This document shows positions 26,906 through 41,047 of a stretch of 64,000 bases of DNA, one piece after another. The position numbers and the translations under genes are program-made. Under the pieces are notes generated by a model that was given only the letters and a program-made list of their open reading frames with translations, had not been told where the DNA came from and did no database searches. Positions within the stretch are counted from its first letter, which is position 1. Every line of letters begins with the position of its first letter. The stretch is from assembly GCF_025526975.1 (NCBI RefSeq), contig NW_026515690.1, positions 434,001 to 498,000 on the forward strand, read 5' to 3'. This DNA is from Fimicolochytrium jonesii. Taxonomy: Eukaryota.

Positions 26906-27310
26906 ATTGGATCAAAAGCATATTTAGATTGTATCTCATCGTTGCGTACGTAGAGAACATAGAATGTTACAATAATGGACATAATACAGATACATTGTCC
27001 TCACGTCCTATCTCGCTGTCCCACTGTTTTCCATCCCAGTATGTAAAGCAAAACCAGATTTTTGGTGCCCAATGGAAAGTTCATATGAATCTCGCATAAA
27101 GAAACCAAGAACAACTATGTTTCGAAGTATGAGGGGTATGATCAAGCCCGAAAATGGTTTTCTCCGAGATAAATAGACGTACAAAATTTGGGGAAACGGA
27201 AGACTGACATTGAACAGCTTAACAAGAGGTTGGCAGCTCTACAGTGGCCCGTCCCACAGGGAAGGAAGGACAAACTCACACAGGATGGTGTGAACCCATC
27301 ACGGATTTTG

Positions 27311-28244
27311 TCAAGCCACCTGCCCGGCAGCGTCCATGCCCATTGCCCACCCAAGCGACGCTTTGAACTCTATGAAAGCCTCGTTGAACCCGTACTGCCC
27401 TTGAACCTCCGTAGAATGCTTGTGCAGATTCTTCGCCCACTCCGCAACCGGGGTGGCGCCAAAGATCTTCCCCTCCCTCGTCCTTCGGGCCACCTCCGAC
27501 ACAGCCATCCTCCAGCCCTGCCCCAATCTTCTGTACAGATGACCTCGTGCCACGTCGTCGTGAGCTGGGTCTTGCCAGACTGGAAGTCTGTGCACAAGCG
27601 TTGTCGCGATGTCCAGGTAGCCGAACGAGCTTGCGGGGTATTCGTGTTGAAACTCGATCGGATATGCGTTTGGCAGGACGAAGAAATCGAGGAAGTACAG
27701 CAGGACTTCCTTCAGCTCTTCCAATTGCGGTCGTACGCGGTGGAAAGAGTAACTCGTAGTTGATGGTCCGTCTTTGTGGTATGGGAAAGCGTCTGGTGGA
27801 AGAAAAGGATTAGGCAAGAGCGACATAGAGGAGAATTCCCAACAGGCATTCCACACGCCTCGAGACTCGTTGATTACCTATCAGAGCCTTTTGTGATCTT
27901 TCGAGCAAGGAGCTCGCAGTGGTCAAAGAGGGTCGGGGTATTAAACCAAGGACTTCGGAATGCTGCTGCGGGTGTCGTTCGACTAGGGAGCAAATAATTC
28001 CAGCCAGCTGGTCGTTCGGCAGCATGGAGAGGAGTTTCCTTATTGGCGGTTGCGAGAGGGAGGATGTATGGGCTTCCTGTAGGCGTTGCAGTAGCTCGGG
28101 GTTCACTCCACCGCTCCTCATTCGTTTTGGTGAAGCGAACGGGCTGGACGGGTCGATAAAGCCGGAGGGCTGAATGTCGTCGTTTGCTCTCCGTTTCCGG
28201 CTAAGCGGCCTTGCTGGCGAGTGCTGGAGCATCATGTCCGCCAT
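27311..28244 (-). CDS. STS1: Cut8/Sts1 nuclear proteasome tether (5' end may extend upstream)
   Basis: Bipartite NLS RKRR..KRMR, PIRKLLSML..L..IICSLVERHP, IPRPSL, DAFPY, YSFHRVRPQL, LVHRLPVW. Confidence 0.8.
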
Positions 28245-29241
28245 TATGCTTTTTGGCTGGGGGTGTTGCTGCTGTTGCTGCTGTCAGTGGAGGCCTGCTG
28301 AGAGCGTCCGCAATTTCGTCGTCGTGGGAAAGACGCCTGAACGTCTCGCGCAAGGAATGGTTTTATGTTGTTGCGTTGTAGTTAGACGTTCAGCAAGAGG
28401 TAAAGCCACCTAAGTATAGACAGGTTGCGCAGAGTAGTTGGTTAAGCGTCTACGAAGGGCTGTTGATAGCGCTTGTGATGCTGCTTCTTAGCCAGCGCCG
28501 AATCCGTCGTTCTTGCGTTTTGAGGGCCATTACTTAGCCAGCACTTGGTTTGCTTGGCTTTACGAGTGGGGCGGATGTGCTCTGTGTATGTAATCAATCA
28601 ATCAATGTGGACACGCCACTGGAGAACACGCAGAAATGCATACGCGTGAGTCAACCACCAAACGCGTGCTCTACGCCTTCCCATCACTCAAGTGTTCTTC
28701 GTATGTACCAACAAGTCAGGTGCAAAGGTATCTGAGAGATTCTGGCATGTCAGAAAAAGCCAAAATGCGGAATGAATATTGAAAGTCTGTACAGTTTCAT
28801 AGGGAAGGAAACCGCTCGCTGGTTCTGCCCATCTTTGGTCGCTCTAACTCCGAAAGTCCGCCTTGGATTGCCAATTACTGTTCGATCCACCATCATTGAA
28901 GATCCTGTGATTTTGCAAGCTAGCCAAATCCCAGGTCTTTGATCTTACTTGCCTGGACTCGCGTTAGCGCAGGGCTGCTGGGCTTTCTGGTTGGGATCGA
29001 AGTTGACTCAAGAGCTTTGAAGAACCACGGACACGACAGAAGTGAGCCATCCATCCCCAATGATGTCGGGTCAGGACGACGCCGAATCATATCAGCTCAA
29101 AAAGTGAGTGGTTGCCAAACTGGACAGAGTACCGCGGCAATGCAGCTGGAAGAAGGATCTGTGAGAAATGGAGAGATCAGGCATGGATGTTGCCGAACCC
29201 CAACGTACATGGGTCCGGTCCGAGGGCGTCGGTTGTGGTGG

Positions 29242-32200
29242 ATGGAATTAGATGCGCAATGAGCGGCGAAAGGAGATGAAAGGGATGGGATGAGAATCAC
29301 CGATAGAGGGCGAAGAAACTGAACGGTATTTCTGGACGTGTTCCTCGCACTAACAATCCATATCATCTCGGCATCACAGAAAAGTGATACCCGGACATAT
29401 CGACGTCCATCCAACCGACAACGCCATCATCGTCAACTACACCGTGCAAGCCAGCATCCTCGGAGAAAGCGGACAACCTGTGGCTGGCGATCGGAAGAAT
29501 CTCCAGAAGATGTAGGTGGGAAACGTGCCAAAGTACGGCTCTACGGCAAACGTGCTCTGGACCGACTCGCAAAACACACTGCTTATCAGTTTGACGCTTT
29601 CCATCACAAGAATACGGGTCAAGACCTTGACACCGAGCTCAAATCTGACAGCGATTGCGCATGAGGTTGTGGATAAATGCAAACTTATACATCCGTCGAA
29701 GGTGGTGGAGGTGGAGCAGGTGTTGTACTATTTGCTGCAACGGAAAGGAAGTCAGGACGATGGTATGCCTGAGAACTCACAATCGGCGCAAGCAAGCGGG
29801 GCTGTACGGTCGCATTGATGGCCAAGTATTGACAATCTCAATACATCTCTTGTTTCCAGATGGGATCTCGGATCGAGAATGGTTGCGAAAGCAACTTGAA
29901 GAGCAGAAAAGAGAGGAAGACCACCCCCAGCTGGCCCAGACCAAGGTGCGTTAGCGAGCGATGGAACCAGATGAGACCGGGCCAAGCGACTGTGAAGAGC
30001 CGAGGATACATGGCAGAGAACATTACATGCTCAAACATCATCCTGATCGAATCATAGCAAGAAGCCTCATCAATGTCCAACATCGACTCGTACATAGAAG
30101 GTCTCTACGAGGAGATACCCGAAAAAACCATCGCCACCCGCAACGTCATGGAGCTCTCGCGAGACCCGCAAAACTTGGAAGCACTAGCGAGCAATGGTCA
30201 GTCAATCCCTGTCATTCGCACTGTCGCAGGAATCTGCTGATGCTGAGCAATACCATCCCGACTATTCCAGATGCTCTAATCTCAGCCCTCTCCCGCGTCC
30301 TCCGCGAAGACGGACGAAAGTCCATCGCACTAAACACCAACATCATCAGCGTCTTCTACGCTTTCTCTCAGTACCCGCAATATCACCCGATCATCACGAC
30401 TCATAAAGTCGGGGATATGTGTCTGAGGGTCGTTGAGATGGAGATTCGGCGGTTTAGTATCTGGATTGAGGATGTTCGGGCTGTGGAGAAGAAAGGTACG
30501 GGGGGATGCTTTGCGGCGAAAGGGGAGTTCGTGTTCTGATTAGCGTGGCGTTGTCGATGGACGTTTTTGCAAACAGTGGCGGATAAGCCAGGCGATAAGA
30601 CTCTAGTAGCAGAGCTAGATCAGGAGAATCGCAAGTTTCAAGCAATGTTGCAGAAACAGGATCAGCTACTGCTAGGTATGCAGACGCACCGTTCATTGGA
30701 ATTATCCCCTGTGGTACCCAAACTCATACAGCCGAACACCAGTCTCATTCCATCTACTACTCAACCTCGCCAACGATCTCACTATTGAACCGAAGATGGT
30801 CAAACGCGGGATCATTAGGCATCTGGTGGAGATGCTAGGCAGGCAGACGCCTGAGCTGGTCACTGTGGTCATTACGTTCTTGAAGAAGCTGAGCATTGTC
30901 GCTGAAAACAAGGAGGAGATCATCGAGGTTTGTTATTTTGGCGATAATTTTGTCAGGAAGTTCATGATTGTGATGTACTGATGCTATGCACCGTTATGCT
31001 GCGACGCAGTTGGAAGATAGTTTTCTGCCGAGACTGGACCAGCTCATGCCCAGCGAGCATCATGTACGTCTCTCGTCCATCCTTCTAGTCTCATCCATCG
31101 CACTCATCCGCATCTTTACTTCTCCCACAGGCTCTACAACATTCCCTCCTCCGGTTTCTCCTCAACCTCTCCCACGATGTCCGCTTTCGCACGCAACTCC
31201 ACAGACATCACTTTGTGCCCAGGTTGTTCTCCGTCCTTCAGGCCACGTCGACTGGTACCAGCATGGCGCTAAAACGGCAGATGACACCGACGTTGCTGTT
31301 GCTGTATATGATGACGTTGGAGGATAAGGGGCGGGTGGCGTTTGCGGATAGTGAGAAGACACGGCTGGTGAGTGGAGATGTCTTTCGGTTTGTCAGCAGT
31401 GATATACTTTTGCATTCACCTTTCAGCTTGATATCTGGCTGATGAACGGAACCCTCCTGGATCGGATTATACGCAGATTCTCCAACTCCTGCTTTCCCAA
31501 CCAACGGGCCCAAACGCACCCGACCGACTCCCACTCATGGCGCTATCCATCAACCTCGCCTATCAACCACGCACTGCACCGTTCTTGATGGCCGACAAGA
31601 GCCTGAAGTTCCTGATGAAGCGATTAATGAAGACAAGGGATCCGTTGATGTGGAAGCTGTTGCGAGCAATGGCTTCGTCGTGTGGGAACGAGGGAAGGAT
31701 GGCATTCCTGGTAAGCCACTTAAGCCCCAGAATGCCCGACCTTTATCAATGATCGTGACTAATCTTCCCCACAACAAGGACTACATCGACGACATAATGC
31801 ACCTCCTCTTCAAATCCACAACGCAACCCGACTCCCTGGTCGAGATCCTCGGCCTCCTCGCTTCCCTCACCATCCCCGACTTCGACTTTACCAAACTCGC
31901 CGAAGCCTACAACCTGCTCGGGTTCATCCAGACGCGGCTGCAGAGCGCCATCAACGACGTCGCCAACGCCGCGAACGCTGAACCGAATGTCGACGCGGAA
32001 ATGCTGGGCGCGGGGCTGAGCGAGGATGATGATATTACGCTTGAGGTGGTCAATTTGCTGGGAACGATGGCGAGCGATGAGAATATTGGGCCGGTGGTGG
32101 CCAAGACGCATATTCCGCAGACTCTGATGGAGCTTATGATTGGTAGGGGGGTTTCATAGCATTGATTGGGAGGGACGGCAACGGCCGTTCTGATATTTTT

Positions 32201-32854
32201 ATTCTCTGAATTGCAGCAAAAGAAGACGATGACGAGATGATTCTGCAAATCATCTATTGTGCATACCAGTTCCTATTGATCGAAAGCACACGGATTGTGT
32301 TTCTGGATGAGACCCGTAAGTTGCTTTCTACTTAAGCCGCCTTATAATCCCGAACTCCCATCTGACGCTCTAAAATCTTTCTGGAATCGCGCGCGCGACG
32401 CAGAGATCGTCTCATACCTGATCGATTTGCTTTACGACCGTAACGTCGAGATCAGACGGATGTGCGATGTGTGTCTGGACATCATATCGGTAAGCCCATC
32501 CCTCAGCTCCCAATCCACAACGAATAGTACCGCAAATCTAACCCTCCATCACCTGCCATACAGGAAACCGACGAAGAATACCTCGTCAAAATCCGGCACC
32601 AAAAATTCCACTACCACAACTCCGAATGGATGCACCGCATGGCGCAAAGCACAGCCTCGGCATCGCAGCACGGGTTGTTCCTGGAGACCGCCGGGTTCGA
32701 GCACCAGGAGCAGCTGCGGAAATACGTTGGCGAGCGTCGTGGGGCGATCTTTGAGACGAATGAGGGCGGGTGGAGCGATTCGGATAGCGATGGGGACGAT
32801 CAGGATGATTTTGGGATGGTTGGCGGGAATAATGCTTTGTTGGATGGGTTTTGA
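29242..32854 (+). CDS. KIFAP3: Kinesin-II associated protein KAP3/KIFAP3 (intraflagellar transport), many exons; start uncertain
   Basis: GHIDVHPTDNAIIVNY, VVDKCKLIHPSK..VEQVLYYL, YIEGLYE, ALSRVLRED, FLKKLSI..ENK, YLIDLLYDRNVEIRRMCD, KF.YHNSEW. Confidence 0.93.
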
Positions 32855-33635
32855 GGGGTGGTTCATGAGGAGGGGTGGCATTGATATTATTACTACTTAT
32901 CATGTCATCTACGCCAAAATCCAAAGAATAAAAGGCGATATGAGAAGTTCACGAAGGCGTTTGAGGCCGCACATCCAGGCGTGATCGCGGATTTGATGAA
33001 GAAAGCTGACATGCGTGATGCACCGAAGTCATCCACGGATGAATACCTAAACCGTCGTCGCTTTGGAGTATCATGAATGAGCCGGAAGGCGAAAGCGCTA
33101 CGCTCTTTAGCTTTGGTGGTGATGATTGAGCTGTCGTTGGGATGGACCATCATGCAGTTCGTATCGTGGGGAAGAACCATATCTTTAAACTAGACTAGAT
33201 GGTAGAAGCCGTAGACTCTCTAGATACAATACGCCTTGCATAGTATTCAGTAGCAAGCTTTTTGCTCCAACTCTTCAGCCTTTCTTATGGTGCCAACTTC
33301 GAAGTGCGGACGATGCTGCATACACTGCATAAAGCCGCAGGAAGAGACGACACTCAAGGTAACATCTGCCAAATCCAACCAGCTTTCATTTGCAGAGTGC
33401 GACGATGGATATATCAATCTCCGATTCAACCCACAATCGCGCGTGAGAAGCACACTTCTCGACCGTCCTCAAAAAATCTGATCGACGATAGACAAGCACA
33501 CAGTTCAAGTCAGACAAAGAAATGACGATTGATGATGAAGCAAATACACTAAGAACAATGAGGTGGGCCAGCTAACGATGTAACAATATCAACTCTACAC
33601 TAATGTTCACGGTGGTCGGCGCAAAAACCAATCGC

Positions 33636-35436
33636 TTATTCCCTGAAAATGCAGAAAAAAAAGCAAGTCAGTAAACGAACGACGACGACGACGAGAACAA
33701 CGACAAACGCAGGATTTCGATTCGCACTTGAACTCTACACTCACGACCTTGCCAAGCATGACAGCGGAGTTACCTAGAAGGGGAGAAGGTAGAGTGAGAA
33801 GCTGAACGAAAACAAGGAAACGATCGCACAAAAAGATCTTTACCGTCGAGGAAAGCGATACGAGAGAGACCCTCGCAGTTCTTGAAGGAGTCGACAACGA
33901 GGGGCTGGATGGGCTCCATGACGACCTCAGCGGCTTCGTTGGCCTTGAGAGAGTGGGCACCCTCGAGCTTCTTCATACCGGTCTCCTTGCCCATCTTCCA
34001 GTTGATAGCCTTCAAACGGCAAGCGGAACGACCACATCGGACGAAACCGATGGGAGAGTATCCAGGCTTGACTTCACCAGGGATGTCAAGAGTCTGGATC
34101 TGGGCGACGAAGGACTTGACGGGCTTCAAGGACTTGTCCTCCTTGTAGATCATAATGTCACCGGCGCGGGGCATGTTGTTCTTGTCAAGACCCTTGATGT
34201 TCATACCGATGTTGTCTCCGGCCTGACCCTTCTCGACCTTCTTGTGGTGCATCTCGACGGTGAACACCTTTCCAGCGCAAGCGTTGGCGGTGGTGTGGGT
34301 AGGAACGAAAATGACATCCTTGTTGGGAAGGACGGCACCTTGCTCGACACGTCCGGCGAGGACATCACCGACACCCTTGATCTTGTAGATACCGGAGATG
34401 GGAACGCGCATGGGAGCATCGTTCTTGCGCTCGGGCATCTCGGCGAAGTCGTTGAGAGCGTCGAGGAGAGTGTGCACCTTGACCTTCTTGCCGGACTGAG
34501 TGGCAACTTCTTGGCCAGAGTACCAGCTCATGTTGGCAGACTTCTTCAACAAGTTGTCTCCTTGCCAGCCGGAAATGGGGATGACAGGGACGTTGCCCAT
34601 GACGAAGTCCTTCTTCCAGCCAGTGCGGATCAACATGTTGCGCATCTCGTTGGCGATTTCGTCGTAACGTTCCTTCTTGTAAGGACCAGCGGGGTCAGAG
34701 TCCATCTTGTTCACACCAATGACGAGCTGCTTGACTCCCAACAAGTTGAGGAGACGAGCGTGCTGGCGAGTCTGGCCTTGAATTTCACCAGCCTTGTGGT
34801 CACCCTTCTGGATGGCGGTGGTGAAGTTACCATCGGCCGGGACCATGAGGAGACCGACATCAGCCTGGGCCTGCAAGTTTGTGAGGAAGGCAGAAGAGAG
34901 AGAGGGGGGCGAGAGTGAGTATGAGAGGGCACAAGGGCTAATCGAACGTCAGGATGTCACCGCGATCAGTACTTACGGCACCAGAGATCATGTTCTTGAT
35001 GAAATCTCTGTGTCCGGGGGCATCGATGATGGTGTAGTGGTAGTTGGTGGTGAAGAACTCCTTGGTGGTGCAAGCAATGGTCACACCACGAGCACGCTCC
35101 TCCTTCTGACGGTCCATGTAGAAAGCGAAAGCGAACGAAGACTTCCCGAGGTGTTCGGCCTCCTGACGGAGCTTCTCCATCTCACGCTCGGGGATACCGC
35201 CGAGCTCGAAGAGAAGACGACCGGTAGTGGTCGACTTTCCAGAGTCGACGTGTCCACAGATGACTGTTGAAGGAAGGAGAGAAACGGAAAAGCGTTCAGT
35301 TCATCGACTCAAGACCACGAACCCATGTCAAGCGGGTGATCTGCCGTTCGAGCGACCATAGTGTGAATGGCCCGAAATCAACCCGGCACAGCGCACACTT
35401 ACCAATGGACAAGTGGGGAAGTTCCTTGGTGGCCAT
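33636..35436 (-). CDS. EFL: Elongation factor-like GTPase EFL (EF-1alpha paralogue)
   Basis: [85 protein letters not shown] and [11 protein letters not shown] are EFL-specific. Confidence 0.96.
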
Positions 35437-36099
35437 TTTGACGAAGGTTTGCGTAAGTCAAGTCCGAGAAATGGAGGTGAGATTTGACGCAAGAGTGCGA
35501 GGGGGGGGGGGGGGGGGGAAAGGAGGGAAGAAAAGCAACGGCGACGGGCGAGCTCCTCTTGTCTTCGCCGGATACTCGCACGCCCTCGTCCAAATTGCCT
35601 TTTTTTCCGTGGGACAAAGTAGCACAAGTTTACGTAAGCGCTTTATGAATTGATTTTCACCAACGTTGAAGATGAGAAGCGCAGACGAAGCCTTTGCACG
35701 ACCTGCGGAAACGGAGAAGTGGACAACTCGATTTACAGTGCAACTCCAAATCCACGACCGGACACTGGAATGGCGCTCAAAGACGTTGGCCAGATGATTT
35801 ATCCCACTTCTACAGTTATGAAGCGCCTTCATTCCCTTCTTTCGGGCGGAGGGTGTCGGCATTCCACACCGTCACGGTATGAGAGACGGGGCATTATAGC
35901 GCGCTCGCATCGCAGTTCAACATTGCTTCCGTCCTACTCCCGACCCTCCATCCCCATCGACGCCCAAGTCCCATCATCAAGCCAAAACTTCCATCTCCAA
36001 ATCATTTCCTCCAAATCATGTCCCAAAGCCATTTGGAAACAAAATTGTGCGACCATCATTGTTGAGAACAAAAAGGATATATTACATTGTACCCAGCAC

Positions 36100-36753
36100 C
36101 TATTCGTTCTCCTGTATGATGAGAAAAGAGGAAATATTATATGAGAATCAGAGTTCGAAGTCATCGTTCAGGTTTTCGTATGAAGAGACTTACAGCAGTG
36201 CGCAGGCGACCAGCGGCGTTGGTGACCTTAACGTTCAGCTGGGCAGCGCGCTCGACGATAGCAACACGCTTCCGGGAAGAAACGTTGTGGGCGATCTCGG
36301 CCGCAAAGACGCGGTTGTGCATCAACAGAAGCTCAAGGTCACGGACGTTGTTAACCAGGAACTTCTTGAAGCCGTTGGGCAAAAGGTGACGGGTCTTGGA
36401 GTTAGATCCGTATCCGATCTTGGGCATACTGAAATATCACGAAAGGGTTGTGATGAGCGCTTTAGTCTACTGAATCCTTCCCCATCCAAAACAGAGCCCA
36501 CTTTCATTACTTACGCAATCTGGCCCTTGAATCGCCTCCTGACACGGTTGTCGATACCCTTGGGCTTCCTCCATGATTCCTATTCCACCAAAAAGTATCG
36601 CACCCCGTTAGGCTTCAATCCTCCTCCCCCGAATATTCGCAAATCCACCAAAGTCATACGCACATCAACTTTCTTGTAACGGTCAGATTGATGGCGCTTG
36701 AACTTCTTCGTGCGCTTCTTGATGATGGTACGCTTAACCAAAGGGGCGACCAT
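36100..36753 (-). CDS. RPL32: 60S ribosomal protein L32 (eL32)
   Basis: [54 protein letters not shown]. Confidence 0.97.
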
Positions 36754-37711
36754 TTTGACTGAGAGAAATGGGTTGGGTGGAATCAGCATTCAACCTCCAC
36801 ATCTCCACGCCCAGCTCCGTGCTCGCCCAGTCCCAGAAAGCCAGTGAATGTCGAACCCCGCACTCCTTCTAGAGACTATCCCGGTAACGTCAAAAATCTT
36901 CAAGTGCCCGGTCGCTCATAACCCGAAAGTCGAGCAACGAAATGAAATGACTTCCTTATACTGATCTGCATTTCGACAGAGCTTCTCCCTTCGGACCGAC
37001 ACCCTTCGCCTCCTCCTCCACTCGGGTCTTCGCCAATCCTCGCCAATTCCACATTCGCCTCTTTCCCGACATGTTCGAAATGCCCTCGCCGATCCCAACT
37101 CCGCGATTTCCCCCTTCTGTCGCCGACGTCAATTCCTGGACGATAGATTCTCCCTGCACCCTGTCGTTCAATGGATTGATGGATGGAAGCTCTCACTCAC
37201 CTATATCCTCCCGCTGGGTTAACGAGAATAGATGGATGGATGGGTCAGAATTCACTATACTATCCCGTTCGCCGCTTTCGCTGTATGATCAGACATGAAT
37301 TCACACGCGTTTCGATTATCACGTGGGATGTTAAACCGGGTTTAAGGAAAAACGTTTTGATTTCAAGATCTACTCAACATCCCGGCCACCGTCTAATCGC
37401 CATAATGCCAAAAGTAAGCCCCGCATAACAAAATGGGTATACATGAATCCAAAAAAAAGCACTGATTATAGGATGGAGGAGCGAGGGAAGAACAACAGGG
37501 GAGCGGTGGCCCAGGGCGACGGGCGAAGCTGAGCAGGACTTGGCTCGAACCTTGTGAGAGGAGTTCCACAGTGTGGTCTAGAAACCACCAACCTGGCCCC
37601 CCTCGATTTGCCTGATGCGGTATGATCGTGCCATGCCAGACTCTCAAGGCGCCGATAACCCGAGGTATTCGAAACTGCCCGGTGGTCTGGTGTGCGAGGG
37701 TAGACGAGTTG

Positions 37712-39359
37712 CTACAGAATGCCTATTTCCACAGCCATCACATTAACCCTACGGCAAGGTGGACAGTTGTCTAGTTCGGGGAGTACTTGGCGTCCCTCAT
37801 CAGGAGTACACATACCTGTATCTGCAATGTTGCTACGCACTATGATACCCCGAACGACTTCCAATATGACCTTCATGTGTTTAGTGTCCGTTCCCGTCGT
37901 GTAGTGCGAATATATCCGCTTCTCTCCGTTCGACGTATCCAGTTTCATGAACTGTGTCCGAATAAACGCGGCTGCTGGTTTGAACTCGTTGACCCCTGAA
38001 GTAAATCCACCGATATAATATGAGTGCAAAGCTTCACTTGATGTGATGGGAAGCTTATGCGACAGGCAGGCTTAACGCACCTCGATAGTCCGGAAATGTG
38101 TTCGCCAGTGGCGTCCGCTTCAGCTTCTTCTCAAAAATATCCGCTTTGTTCAAGAACAACACCACACTGATCTTCCTCAGCAGCGGGTTATTAATCACTG
38201 AATCAAACACTATAAGCGAATCGGACATTCGATTGACGGTAGGGTCCTCGACAAGCTTTTGGTCGTAAGCTGCCAGTGATGCGACAAAGAGAATGGCGTG
38301 CACTTTGTCTTGGAAATAGGGCGCCCAAAATGCTCTTTGATTCCGTTGACCCCCGACGTCGTATATGAGGAATGGGATTTGATCGATCGTCAGCCGTGTT
38401 TCTGACACTCCCGTCGTTGGGAACCGCGTGTGCAATATATCTGCGTTTTCGTCGAAAGGTTCAGTGACAATGCTTTCCCTTTCGAGCTGCCCCGATGGTA
38501 CGCCTGTCACGTACCTTGGTCATTGGGCAAGTAATTTGGTTCACAGAACTTCTCCACTCGATCCATGAAGCTGCGAGTTCCCGGCAAAGTTACGACCGGG
38601 TCATCACGCAAATTCCCACAAGCTTGCTGGATTTCAGAAAATGACCACATACTAGCTGGCTGTGTCCTGTATCAGAAACTCGTTCGATCGCTTCCAACAT
38701 TCCCGAATCCCCCGGTCATTCCATAACGCTTTGATGGCGTTAAACACCTCCTTCTTCAATGGATCTGCTGCCGTTATGTGTTCTGCGTAATCGCGCACAG
38801 CCTTGGCGTTCAACTATAGACCCCCAACAAGAACTGTCAGCAGGCCATGCACTTGTTCCAGAGACATGAAGACAAACGCCATCGCACCTCATTCGCGGTG
38901 TCCGATAAAGAAATCGACAACGTTTCCAAAGCCCCCACAAGCGCTTTCCCCGACTCGAGGATATTGCGTTGGATAGTAGCTTTGAAGTCCACGCGTTCCT
39001 GGTCGTTAAAACCGGTCCCATGGATGATGCGCATTTGCTTTAGCACCGTTGTCTTCCCCGAATCCCCAGCACCCAGAAGCATAAGTTTCAGCGTCTTCCG
39101 GTCGAAATCCCGCATTTCACTTGCTTCGGATTTCAGCTGCGCGTCGATTTTGGCAGAGACTTGTCTCGCGAGTTTCCTGAGAGGCCGGGAAAGGATGAGC
39201 GAGGTTCGGCGGAAGCGACCGCTCAAGCGGTGGCAATGTATGAAATCGCCCCTGGGACCGCCGATAAAGGACTGCAAATACTTCCTTGGGACGCGCTCAA
39301 CAAAGGGCGTTCCTCTGAACCCTCACATACCTCTGCTCTGGTGTATCCTGGTCACTCAT
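37712..39359 (-). CDS. Divergent heterotrimeric G-protein alpha subunit
   Basis: KLMLLGAGDSGKTTVLKQMRIIHG, RFPTTGV, DVGGQR, FLNKADIF, YTTGTDT; 3' end approximate. Confidence 0.9.
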
Positions 39360-40057
39360 TTTCAGCGACCTTCGGAGAGAATAACGTGAGTGACTGTTCA
39401 CGGGAATGTGGAGACGATGAGCGAAGGTGTTCCACGCAGCACGGTGGTGGTGGGTGCGTTCTTGCCGTGAGCAGCAGTGAGCTTTTCCAAAGTCGATTCC
39501 GGAGCGCGAAACTGCGCGAAATCTCCTGGGAAGTTCTCGAGACCTGGCCTACGCGACAAAGCGCCTCCGCAGGAACTTCACCTTTACAAACCGATACGTG
39601 TGAAGGACTTTATTCCCTATTAGAGCGCCGTCCCTATTGCTCCAGCAACGGCAGATGACGTTGTGATGGGTTCATAGCATGTGCCTTCGATACTCTTCAT
39701 CGAAGGATAGCCTTTACACTTTATGGGAGCTGCGATACATTTCCAGTTTTGCAAAACGGATTGGTCCTTCTCCGTCCGTCTCCCTCCTCTCTCAACTCCC
39801 GCCGCCGCGCATCAAACATGCTGATCCATAGCTGCAATGGTATAGGGGCGCTGCTTCCGCCATGCCCGACGCTTCAACAGTTGTAAAAAGACTTCATCCT
39901 GCAATGCTTGTTTTGCCTAACTATATACAGTTGCTTATGGATATCTGCCAAAATGTACGCTCCCATGTGCTGCTATCGCACATGGGCGCAGGACCAACAA
40001 GCGGTTTAGCTTGTTCGTCCGATTGAATTGGGGGATGGCGTCCAGCCGAACAGAAAT

Positions 40058-40685
40058 CTACGCATCGGCAGCCCACTCATTTTCCCTGGAAATGGAAAGT
40101 TTGGTCCATTAGTCCCCGCAACTAGATCCTAATGTCTCACAGTCAAGCCCTACCTCCTAATTTGGTCCTCCTCTTCGGGTGTGAAATCATTCTCAATGTT
40201 GAACATTTCTCTAATCTGCTCCGGAGTCTATGATTGCGTGGACGTTAGTTGTCAGTTAACTCGCAAAAAACACTAAAATAAATGGCAAGACCCACCTTGC
40301 CCTTAAGCATATTCGCCACCGTTTTGCATCCCAGGTCCAACAGACTCTTGATATCCAGGTAGTTTGCGGCAAGGATGATGTCAAACAGCTCGTCATTTGT
40401 CCCCTTGATAAAGTTCGCATCCCACTCGTCAATATCCTCTGGCTTCTTCCGCGACGACTCGAAAGCGTCCTTATCGTCCTCTGTAGCTGCCACGGGGTCG
40501 TCCTTATGGTGCGTGCAGTAGTCTATGACTCTCTTGAGGATGGAGCTGGAGACATTGGGGAGTGGTATAGGCTCGCTGGCGTCTCCGACGTCTTCCAGCA
40601 TGTTCTTGAGTAGAACAGACCGTTCGGCTACGACCTTCTCGATCGTGAACTGCTGGTTGTCCGACGCTTCGAGTATGACGGACAT
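40058..40685 (-). CDS. SKP1: SCF ubiquitin ligase subunit Skp1
   Basis: [63 protein letters not shown]. Confidence 0.97.
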
Positions 40686-41047
40686 GTTGTATTGATATCT
40701 GCCGAAATTGAGACTCTGTTCTACCGGAACCTTCTTTAGGAGACCTACTGCTGCTCTATGTTTTTCAGGGACGCTTCTCTCGACCTCCTGTGTGCGGTAT
40801 TGGCGGCGGATCAGTCCAGTCTACCTGACCGGGTCTGAGCAATGAGGAACAAAGTCGTAGCGGCGAGCAGGGGGCATCCGCGCGTCACACTCGGACGACA
40901 TGAAATCAGTCCTGAAATCGAGGACTACAAATCTGACTACAAATTCGAATCAATTCTGAGACAAGACGTTGCCAACTCCGGTGCTTTAGCTTTCGACCAG
41001 ATCCGACTCCATCCCTCTGCCACGGAGGCGGTCAGAGCAAGGTAAAG

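Noticed and set aside
12149..40685. Ubiquitin-proteasome 'cluster' (Rpn9, Cut8, Skp1)
   Set aside because: The genes are scattered among unrelated genes; chance is sufficient.
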